NCBI RefSeq assembly: GCF_964355755.1
Contig: NC_092672.1
Span: forward strand, 13,516,001 to 13,580,000
Length of the DNA: 64,000 nucleotides
Origin: Antedon mediterranea
Taxonomy: Eukaryota > Animalia > Echinodermata
Reading direction: 5' to 3'
In this document: positions 26,040 through 36,809 of the stretch, piece by piece
How the letters are laid out: each line of letters starts with the position of its first letter
Numbering within the stretch: position 1 is the first letter of the stretch
Notes under the pieces: generated by a model
Seen by the model: only the letters and a program-made list of their open reading frames with translations
Databases searched by the model: none
Told to the model about the DNA's origin: nothing
Translations under genes and position numbers: made by a program

Positions 26040-26335
26040 AGAATCGGGTGAAAATGGGCTGCATTGATGGCGACCATCTCACTCTCCTCGTGAAGAAGCT
26101 TACACAGCAAGTAGAAGTGAAGGTTCGCTGTAAAGGAGAAAAAAAACATTGTTAATAACAAACTATATATTTAAAAAAAAATGATGATTGTTCAAAGAAC
26201 AGAAAAAACTAACTTACCTCGTTTAGCTCTGTGTTTGAGGCGTTGGTGGTAACCTTCCAAATCGTTATTGGTACGAATTTGCTGTCGGAATATCACTCAA
26301 TCCATTGGACTGTGTAGATGTCACCATTAATCCAG
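26040..26335 (-). pseudogene. Mutator/MULE-like transposase C-terminal exons
   Basis: 'RTNNDLEGYHQRLKHRAK' (26218-26335) splices to 'NLHFYLLCKLLHEES' (26040-26128). Interrupted by the LINE 3' end. Confidence 0.65.
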
Positions 26336-26336
26336 T

Positions 26337-29300
26337 ATTTATTTTATTTATTTATCTATTACCTTGAATTACCTGAAATTAAGGCTAAAGCAAATTGCTT
26401 ATTCGCCTCTCTGGAATTACAAATCTCTTACATACGGCTGAAACTTCTGGTGGTGGTTTTTCCAGTGTTCTTTCAAATTAGACTTAAACTGATTCAATGA
26501 CTTTGACTCTACAACAACTCTCGGCAAAGCGTTCCAATCGTTAACTACTCTTGCTCCAAAATTATTTGATCCCCATTTAGTTTTGACCCGCGGCTTTGAT
26601 AGTTTGAAAGAATGACCTCTAGTAGGCTATAATGGATAGTTGACATATTAAAAAAGGTTTCAATGTCCAATTTATCGAATCCTTTCAGTATTTTAAATAC
26701 TTGGATCAGAGAAGCTCTCTTTCTTCTATAAACTAACGTAGGAAGATCAAGTATTTTTAGCCTACATACATACTCTGTACCCCTTAGTTCCGGAATAAAT
26801 CGGGTGGCCTTTTGTTGTAGCTTCTCCAACCTATCCTCATCCGCTAAAAACTTAGGAACCCATACATTATTACAGTATTCCAGGGTTGGACGTATAAGCG
26901 ACTTGTATAACAGCAAAAAACTCTCAGGGTCCAAACATTTAAACGCTCGATATATAATACATAACTTCCTGTTAGCAGAAGAAATTACATGGGACACATG
27001 AGATCTAAAACTCAGCTTATCGTCAATTACAACGCCTAGGTCTTTCATTTCACTTACAGCTTCCAGTTCTGTCCTCTGCTCGCCTACTCCTATACTATAT
27101 TTAAACTTCTGGTTGTTATTACCAAAATGCATGATCTTACACTTCGTTAGATTGAAGGGCAGCAACTGCCATGTAGAGGACCATTTACACAATAAATCAA
27201 TATCATTCTGGAATTTAATCATATCGTCTATATTATTGATGTTAAAATACATTTTTGTGTCATCTGCAAACATTTTAATTTTTGAATGGATTACTGAATC
27301 AGGGATGTCGTTTATAAAAATTAAAAACAAGATAGGGCCTAATACACTCTCTTGCGGAACTCCGCTAACAACATCTCTCCACTTAGACTTGATTCCTTCT
27401 ACTGAAACTCGTTGTTTTCTTCCAGACAAAAAAAGACTTAATCCAATTTAGTAATTGTCCTTTTATTCCATAAAATTTAAGTTTCCTCAATAAACGACAA
27501 TGAGGCACCTTATCAAAGGCCTTTTGGAAATCCAGATACAAACAGTCAAAACTCTCTTGGGAAACTCTCAAAGAATTTTGCCAGTCATTAAGAACCTCTA
27601 AAAGCTGAGTTGAACAAGATCTGCCCGACCTGAAGCCATGCTGAGCAACGGAAAAAATGGAATTTAATTCAAAATGTTTCACAATCTCATCTCTAACAAA
27701 TGTTTCCATTGTTTTACATAAGTTTGATGTTAGGCTTACCGGTCGATAGTTTAGCGGAGCTGACTTGTCTCCTTTCTTATAGAGCGGAACGACATCGGCA
27801 TATTTCCAGGATTCTGGAACCACACCCTCACTCATTAATTTATTAAAAATAACTGCGAACGCTTCACCCAAAATATCTGAATTTTCTTTTAAAATCCTTG
27901 AATGGATCTCATCCGGACCTGGTGACTTACAGATGTCTAAACTACTTAAATATTTAGTTATATCAGACGCTAAAAACTTCATATCATTGACCGGAATTAT
28001 ATCTGGTTTATCAGCCATTTCAGGAAACTCCTCAAGATTCTCCACTGTAAAAACTCCAATAAACGATTCATTAAATAATTCAGCTTTATTTATTTTTGAC
28101 GACACAAAATTTCCCTCATCATCTTTTAAGTCTGGAATAAAAGGCTTATATTTTCGCTGACTATTTACATAATGCCAAAAGGATTTTGGATTTATTTTAA
28201 CATCTGACGCGATTTTTTCTCTAAAGAAGCTCTTGCCTTGCGGACTTCATTGGTAGCTTGATTCCTAGCTAAAACAAAGCTATTCCAATTACTCTGATTT
28301 TTACATTTAAGATACTTATTCCATGCTTTTTGTTTAACTTTGATTTTATTTTCTATCTCTTTATTAAACCATAGTTTATTAGTGGCTTTCTTATGATAAG
28401 CAGACCGAAGGGGTACAAACTTATTTATGCATTCTTTTAGCTTTTCAGAGAGGTACGATTTATATAAACATAATAAACGACTTTTTCTTTTAGCACAATT
28501 TGACTAGTTTTGCTTAAGCCTTTATCAAATACTCGGCCCCTTCTTCCTAATTATCTTATTATTTCGGATGATTAAGTCTAACTCCCCGTTAGCTTCTCTA
28601 ATCAGGAGTTCTTGTTTTAGTCGTTTATATGCTTCGCGCTCCGATTTTAGTCGGTCATTAAATACCGAGAATGCTTTTCCTTTGTAATCTTTTCCGCGAG
28701 CTATCTTTATAAATTTGCGTTTATTCCATTCTGTACTAAAAATAACCTTAAGAGGTCTAGGCCCTGGCTTGTCCAAATCTCTTTTGCCAATTCGGAAACA
28801 TAAAATAAAACTTAAATCTAAATCTTCCGCAAGACCCTTTACTACTGCCATGTCTTCCTCCTTTCTAAGTTCAACTAAATCAGAGGTAGATTCAACTAAA
28901 CCGAACACCATAGCATTAAATTTCCGCTTTTCTTTGTCGGCCCATTCATCAAGACGTACCTGAACCACATTTTCAATTCTTAAATCAATAGGCAATACTG
29001 TGTCTTCTACAGAATCCAAATCTGAGTCGCTGTGATTACTACAATCGATGCCACATAGTTGATCGAGTTTGACTTTATTCGCTTTAACTTCCGCTCGCAA
29101 GCTCTCTAAACCTGTACTGTAATTGATATCTTTTCTATCTCCTCTCTATGGATTTGACATCACTTTTAATCTGCTCGATATCAGTTTTCAATTGCTCATG
29201 ATTCATATTTAATTTCTTAATAAGCTCGTTAAATGACAACGAAGTAGGTAAACATGTTCTGCAGTGCCAGCTAACGTCAGTCACCCTTGCTTAGCCATTC

Positions 29301-29640
29301 ATATTTTCCCTTACTAATGCCTTGACATTTCGAGTGAAACCAGAAATTACATAAATTACAACAAATACCACGATCATCACCAGACACGGAAATATCACAA
29401 GAGCCACATTTAAATTCATAGGAATCACCTTTATATCGGTGGCACACATTATCAGTTAATGGTGCATCCATTTTACAGACAAAATACAAATAACATAAGC
29501 TACAAAGTAGTCGTCCATTTAAATGTGAAGTTCCTGGAGTTGAGGTGATTGCCCAACCTCCACATGTAACATCAAACATAAATTCAAAACAATTAGCCCC
29601 GAAAAGGTGTTGATACACATACTAGGAAAACCATAGGACA
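26337..29640 (-). mobile_element. CR1/L2-group LINE: PHD-finger ORF1 plus RT ORF2, endonuclease domain deleted, frameshifted
   Basis: PHD 'CGSC..CCNLCNFWFHSKC..WHCRTC' (29260-29470). ORF1 'RIGK..PRPLKV' (28525-29100). RT motifs 'KSPGPD', 'NYRPVSLT', 'QHGFR', 'DFQKAFD', 'SGVPQ', 'FADD' (26545-28440). AAAT-type tail. Confidence 0.92.
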
Positions 29641-30547
29641 CAACTTCATTTAAAATGCTTTATTGGCATGTTATTAGAATGTTTCAATATGATTCCACAT
29701 TTTCATATGTTATTGAATTCACTATAGACCTATACTAATAAAGTAACAATATAAATAGATTTACTACATAACATGTATTAATATTATTACAAAACGTTCG
29801 TATTGTTTTGCCTACTTCAACTTCAATAATTGATATAGTATTTGTTTGAATACGTTAAATAAATTTAGAATGGTGAATTATTATAATAAACATTATTTTA
29901 ATAAAAACTTAACTAAAAAATATGTTTATTCTTTGATTTTATTCTTAAACATATATTGGTTGGTTTCATTTATTTGTTCCTCCATCGTGGTTTCATAGGC
30001 TTTACTGTACGTTTATAATACTGCATTGGCTTGTTGTAGCTGCGGCGGTATTGGCGTCCCATAGAAAATGTTGGCGGCCGTTTCAGTCGGCGGCCGTTTC
30101 GGTCACACACCATAATTATTATAATCTATTATAGGCCTAGGGCCTATGTTGTTTTACAAATCGGTAAACAAAAACCTAGAGTAATTTTGTTGAATGAAGA
30201 GTAATGATATGGACCGATGATGTCTCGACGGAGCGGAAAGGTTAAATAAAACGGCAATCTCATCTCACCTCACCCGCCACCCGCGCTGCATGCATGCAAC
30301 ATGTTGATTTCGTGACTGATGGCAGGTGTCTATCGACTGTACTGTGTGTGAGGAGGACAATGTGTCAGTAAACCATACCAATGAAGTCTCAATGAATGAT
30401 GCTTACCACCTTTTAGAGACAGTGAGTAGAGAGAGTTAACTCGTAAGAGTTGCTTCTTCTTAGTCTTTTTAGTGTATTTCGTTTGTTAATGTGTGTTGTC
30501 AAAGTTGTTTTTGAATGAATTGTGTTTTAAAACTCATGTGCTAGAAC

Positions 30548-30575
30548 CATGGAGTAAAGAATTCTTTACACCGTG
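30548..30575. mobile_element. P-element-type excision footprint
   Basis: catggagtaaagaa|ttctttacaccgtg flanked by the 8-bp direct repeat gctagaac. Confidence 0.65.
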
Positions 30576-31934
30576 GCTAGAACAGCACACCGTATTCATT
30601 CGAATAACACATTATTTGTAGTGTGTGCAAGCCCGTAGCCAGGTTTTTTACAAGGGGGTTCTTTTTCCCCCAAAAAAGGGCACTTCTCCACTTATGGAAT
30701 TTACCCTCCAGTGTAACCTCCCCCACCCATTGACTGCCTTATAAGATTTAATATCAAATGTATATCAAAACACCAATGCTGTTGGTCACCAGCCACAAGA
30801 GCATCCCATGATCCCCTAAGAGTTTCCTGGCCCAATCATGGTTGGGACTGAGGCAAGAAAAATTGGAAAAGATAGAGCGCTAGATGCTTGTTATACTTTG
30901 AAAATATCAGGCTATGTTTGGTAGAAAATATGCCTGATACTGCACCCGAGGGGTATTTTAGGCCTACACAGTAGGCTTTGCCTAACTAGCTAGAATAGGG
31001 GATATCTGACAGAAAATGTGGAGTTATTTACCTGTATTTCACTAATACAAATCTAACAAGCAATTATAGTCAACAAAATATTGATAATAAGTTACAAAGT
31101 ATCATTTTAAAGTTAATTTAAAGTGAATTTAAAAGTGAATTTATATACAGTAGTACTGTTGTTCAAATTTAGTTGTACATTTGTTTTACATACCTTTAGG
31201 GTCATAGAGTTTGTGGACTCTAATTTTTTAGTGTTTTTCCACTCCGTGACTATCAATGCTGTGGCTTCTATTCTTTGATGAACCATTAAATCCACTTGTG
31301 TGTGTTGATCCCACAGTGAAAGTTCTACATTGTTACTTGCATCGTCTGAAAGTTGAATAGTCCTGATGCGTTTCCTTGTTTGACCTACAAGTCTGATATC
31401 GCCTACCTACAAAATGTGTTAATATTTTAAGTAAATTGCATATGGTATTTTGCGAAATGCATTTGGAGAGACAATACAGTAGTTTCCATGAAGTTAGATA
31501 AATTAATTGTTTGTGCTTGTTATTGTTCTTATGTATATTTTATATCCCAATTATGTAAATGCTGCTGTTGTTGATGTAAATGAAAAGTTAATGCAATTAA
31601 TTTATTGTTTTCTTCCATTTGTATATATTGTTGAAGGAGAAGTACATTGTAGTTAATCATGTGTAATGTTTATTCTGTGAATAAAAATCGAATAATCTAT
31701 GTTTTTAATGGATTTTATTCATACCTCTGTTATAGTTCCTTAACAGACACTCTCTTCTTTGTTGGACTATCTGGGATCTCTGAAAGTTTCACTTTTGGTG
31801 GGGTTCTGTACTTTGTTATTGTGATCGCTAATCATGTTTTAGCAGCATAAGTGATTTTTGTTATAATGAAAAAATTATTTGGAGAAACTGATGTTTGTTA
31901 GCAAAACTGACATGATGAGTTTTACTAAGTTTGA

Positions 31935-33590
31935 CTAAGATGAACTTGTTGGGCATAGTCAAAGCTGTAGTGCATAACTCCAGGCTTGTAACATGCTTGG
32001 TGCTCTTCTAACTCTAACTCTAACAGGTATCATAGCTGCTGAATGCTTGGCAGCTGCCGTATCACTGCGGTAGAGTGTCCTCTCGACTTCAACCACCCTA
32101 AGGTGCTCTATCTGGGCTTGCAATAGCTCTTCCTTTGTTGCCATGGTTGCATTTGCACTTCTGAAATAAAGTTAATTAATTCAAACTATTAACTCAATCA
32201 AAACATTTTATTTTAAAAACAAACGAAAAAACATAATGTATGCATTATTATTGATTATGTTTTACTGTATATTTTTTTATTGTGTCTTTGGCAGGTCTAA
32301 TACAGATTAGTTCCTGGCCTTGTGGTGACTATAAAAGGCTGATACTTTTTTCAGGTTCTCACAAAAGAATCTTTTCCCATGATCCTGTGTTCTGAAAGTA
32401 TATAAAAACAATAAATACAAAATTGTTTGACGTGATTATTGGCGACCCCTCTAATGTAATACAGTAGTGACTATGAAGGGGCAATACTTCTTCCAAGTCC
32501 TCACAATAGTATTTTCCAATGATCCCGTGTTCTGAAAAGTATTATCAAATACATTTAAAATAGTTGAAACGTTGGCAACGCTGTAATTGAATGTTGCATT
32601 ATTAATATCATAATTATTGTTATAAATACCTGTTTCATCAGCTGTGTTTAAATCGATCAGACTCTTTCTATATCTTTGCCAAACTGAAGTTTTGTTTTCG
32701 ATAGCTGGCAACAGCCTGATACAAGGATCCGCACTCTTTATACCTGGAATACGACCAGGGATACACAAGGACTTCTCCTCTGCGTATGTACAGTAGACAA
32801 GAACTTCACTGCTCTCTCTATGTCTTCAATCAAAAACCTTCTTGTATTGTGTTTCGCCCCTCTTGCAAGAACCTCAATTGACTCAACACCATTTTCTATG
32901 TAGTGCTTAACAAGCTTAGTTAAATACTTGTCACTAGTCCTGTAATTTAAAAAAAGTATATTCAAAATGATTCATATTGCCAAAAACAAGTGTTTAATTT
33001 AACATGGAGCAAAAAATAGAATTAGTCATTATACAGTATTTAGATTATAACTAATACGTGAATTAAAAGAAAGGCATCCCTGCAAACTCTTATGCCATCT
33101 ATATAAACTGGATTGATGCAAGTTCCCACAAGTCTTCTCGTATTTGTTGCAATTGATGCTTGTTTCCACTAACAAGTTTGGGTTGTGAACACCTAGATGT
33201 TGTCGGCTTTGTGTAGGATTTAACTGGTGTGCTCTAATGGCTGTGTATTTAATAAAATTTTGATCTTTTTCAGTAGAAGCCAAACTGCAGATTTGTCTCA
33301 TTTCTTCCTTAGACATTTTTAATTTTGTAATTGGTTGGAGATTTAAGAAGTTGATTATTTATTATTATTATTATTTATTATTATACATACCTCCACAGAC
33401 ATTGATGTTGTCGACTCAATCCTTTCACATTTTTGGATTTGGTGACTATTACACCACTCGCCTGTATTTTTTGGTCTATGGCCAACTCGAGGGAAGTGTG
33501 GTTTCCCCACAAAGACAAGTTTACACTGTTTGACCCATCAGTTAATTGAATGTGCCGAAGTTTGTGTTTTCCAGTTGAATGATTTCACCA
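31935..33590 (-). pseudogene. Decayed multi-exon Sola-like transposase
   Basis: 'IPGRIPG..RLLPAIENKTSVWQRY' (32630-32940) and 'MHYSFDYAQQVH' at 31940-31977. Family assigned from recalled motifs. Confidence 0.55.
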
Positions 33591-33720
33591 ATCTAAAAAA
33601 AGTGGATACCAGATTATAATAAATCATAATATTTTATTATTATTATTTAATTCGGACAACTGGTAAATTGTGTAAACCCAGTGGGAAATTTATATACAAT
33701 ATACTTTATTTATAAAATGG

Positions 33721-34081
33721 ATAACTATGCATCCTAGGGTAGGGACGTTGCTCCACTAAGGTTTTAATGACCCGCATACCCCCACATTATTTACAATAAC
33801 TATTCATCCTGGGGTAGGGACGTTAAACCACTAAGGTCTTAATGACCCGCATACCCCCACATTATTTACAATAACTATGCATCCTGGGGTAGGGACGTTA
33901 AACCACTAAGGTTTTAATGACCCGCATACCCCCACATTATTTACAATAACTATGCATCCTGGTGTAGGGACGTTAAACCACTAAGGTCTTAATGACCCAA
34001 ATACCCCCACGTTATTTACAATAACTATGCATCCTGGGGTATGGACGTTACTCCACTAAGGTCTTAATGACCCGCATACCC
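33721..34081. repeat. 75-bp tandem repeat x~5
   Basis: Units start at 33721, 33796, 33871, 33946 and 34021; near-identical, no spacers. Confidence 0.95.
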
Positions 34082-34683
34082 TGCTATTAATTAAGGCCTT
34101 TTCCAAACTTTTCCTTTTTACAGGCCGGTTGAGATCTGCAATTTTTTGTGTAAATCGCGCAAACCTAAAAAAACCCTACACAAACCTCCTCCAGATGGCT
34201 TATTATTGGTTCGATCATGACTAGGACTATCATAGCAGGTAATTTATGAAAATAAAAAATTATGAAATTGTTGTAAGTTGGCTTTTTTTGGGGAAAAAAC
34301 ATCATTTTTTGGGTAAAATATCAGATTTCACAGTGTCAATTGTGCAAACCTAAAAAAACTCTGTGCAAACTTCTTCCAAATCATTTATTATTGGTTCTAT
34401 CATGACTAGGACTATCATAGCAGACAATTTATTGACAACAAAATATGAGCACTCTAAGTTTGCTTTTTTTTTGTGGGGCGAAAAACATCATTTTTTGAGT
34501 AAAAAAACACTGCGCAAACCTCCTTGGGTGAAAAAATATCAATTCTGGATTTACGAAACATTTCAACAAAAGACAATTTATTTTTCAAACAATAATACTT
34601 TATTTAATGCATTTTTTGTCAATTATTTACAAGTAAGGTTCTTTATAACATTCCACTTTGCAAAATAACAAAATAATAATAAT

Positions 34684-35925
34684 TTACAATGCTCTTTTTC
34701 CTTTTTCTTTTTGTCTGGTTTTGTGAGCCCTTTTTGAATTATTTTGTCCCTTTTTCATGCCACTAGTACATGGTGGATTGGTTGTGGACAACTGTCCATT
34801 TGTGGAGATGGTATACATTTTCCTTCTTAATTTTTGGCATGAAAAGAGAAAATTTATCATAGTGTACATTTCTTTCTTCTTCACTCATTGAAGTCCACAT
34901 TAACTGATCTAGTTTAAATTTCTTGAAATCATCTGACAGTTTATACCCTCCCATATTAACAAATGACATTTTCACATCTTTAAATTGCCCCTTAACTAAC
35001 TTTTCCAACATGATAATTAAATCCGGCAGTTTCTTTTGTTTCCAATCTGCAATGGCTTTTATAAAGTGAGTCATGTCCTTAACATGTGAACTTTAATGCA
35101 AGGCACCACAATCATCAATGAATACATTACTTCCATATACCTTGTACAATTCTTTTTACACATTATCCTTTATGCCTTTAGGTACACTATCTGGTGTATT
35201 AGCAGAATTTAACTCTTTCCAAACCTCTTGTACAGATAATAAAACACCATTTACCAATTTATTTAAAACTAATACTACTACTACTGAAACATATTCAATG
35301 GGGTTTGCAGGGTTTAGCAATACCCTCCAACATTTGCTATTCTTGAAACCATGGACCTATAAATTGTACGCTTGTTTAAAGGGCATACAGAATGTACCCT
35401 GAAACATACCGAAGAACTTGTTCCTCCTCTTCAGTCTTGTTGTCCATACATCTCTGGTCCAAAACACAGTGTGTCGCCAGAACATACCGCCACCATATAA
35501 AACTTCTGTCAAAATTGTAGTAAAAGTAATCAATTTTTCAACACCATCTGTGAGCAGTTGGGTGACAAAACGTTGCAATTCAGATGTATTTGGCAAAGAC
35601 GTTCCACCATAATAGGATGGTCTCTCAACTTCCTGAGCGCAACCAGCACTAAGTTGGGGATTTCTCTTGTGGCATCCTCCTTTGTAAAGACACATTCTAG
35701 CCTTTTGCCCTTGGTGGTTTTAGCTGAAAAAGGTAATAAAAATACATCAATTCAAAAACACATTTAAAAGTGGGCTAACTAAACTATAAATTTAAATGAA
35801 TGTTTCTGACCAACTACAAACAAAACTAAAGTTTTACCAGACAATAAGTAAATACATGACATGTATACTGTACCTTTATTTTTTTTTGAAGATTTGACTC
35901 CTTCATTGGCTCCAGGATTATCTAC
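34684..35925 (-). pseudogene. Decayed transposase-like coding fragments (MULE-like C-terminal part at 34763-35075)
   Basis: 'KKLPDLIIMLEKLV..GGYKL..WTSMSEEER' plus frameshifted upstream coding-like sequence with splice sites. Confidence 0.4.
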
Positions 35926-36226
35926 AAAATATAAATGTTTTTAACATTGTTTTTATTTTTTGACCTGAAGAAAAATAGAATAGGTAACCTACAGTACAGA
36001 TAATAAATACTGCAACATTTGGACGCGTAGACTACGTTTCGTACGCGTGGCCACTTCGTAGGTTTCGCGTGACGTAATCTACGCAAGCTAACATGCTACG
36101 CGTAGTCTACGCGTAGCCTACGAAGCGAGAGCTAGGAGGGGAAATCCCAATGTTCAGATTATTGTGTACTAGACTGTGCTGCATGCACCACACGGAATTA
36201 GTTAACGAATTTGAATACAGTACTAG

Positions 36227-36710
36227 TGTAGTGAATTTATCTTTTAGTTGGTTCCGAGCTTTCTCAGGCGTATATCCACTCGACGTACACAGCTGTCGTT
36301 CCGAGCTTTCTCGGGCGTATATATTTCCACGCGACGTACACAGCTGTCACTGAATAATAACTCATACAAAAAGTATAATTAACTCAACTAGAACTTTTAT
36401 TCCTTGTAATTCGATTAATACATCTTTCTACCACTACCAGTCAAGCCTTATTATATTCTTTATCATCTTTCCGTTTATCTACTCTGATCTTATTCTCTCT
36501 TCTCGTTTATCTACTCTGACCTTATTCTCTCTTCTCTCTTACTAACTATTACATTCTACTTTTATACAAGATATGCAAATTTTAGGCTTCAGAGGAGGAT
36601 AACATTTTCCCTCCGAAATTTACACGATTTTGATTGGCTAATAATAAGGCGGACGTGGACTAAAGCATCCTTCTCTAATCACAGAGAATCACAACATCAA
36701 TAATATGACA
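36227..36710 (-). repeat. 3' LTR (484 bp)
   Basis: Appears identical to the 5' LTR apart from a 32-bp internal duplication. Confidence 0.97.
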
Positions 36711-36809
36711 TTCCCCTGTTTGGGAAAAAGATTGTGTCAATCTTTCCAAAAATTTAACATTTAAAACCATTTTACTATAAACTATCTACTAATAACACCT
36801 CTATAATAT

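Noticed and set aside
33721-34081. CRISPR-like array
   Set aside because: No unique spacers, no cas genes, eukaryotic context.
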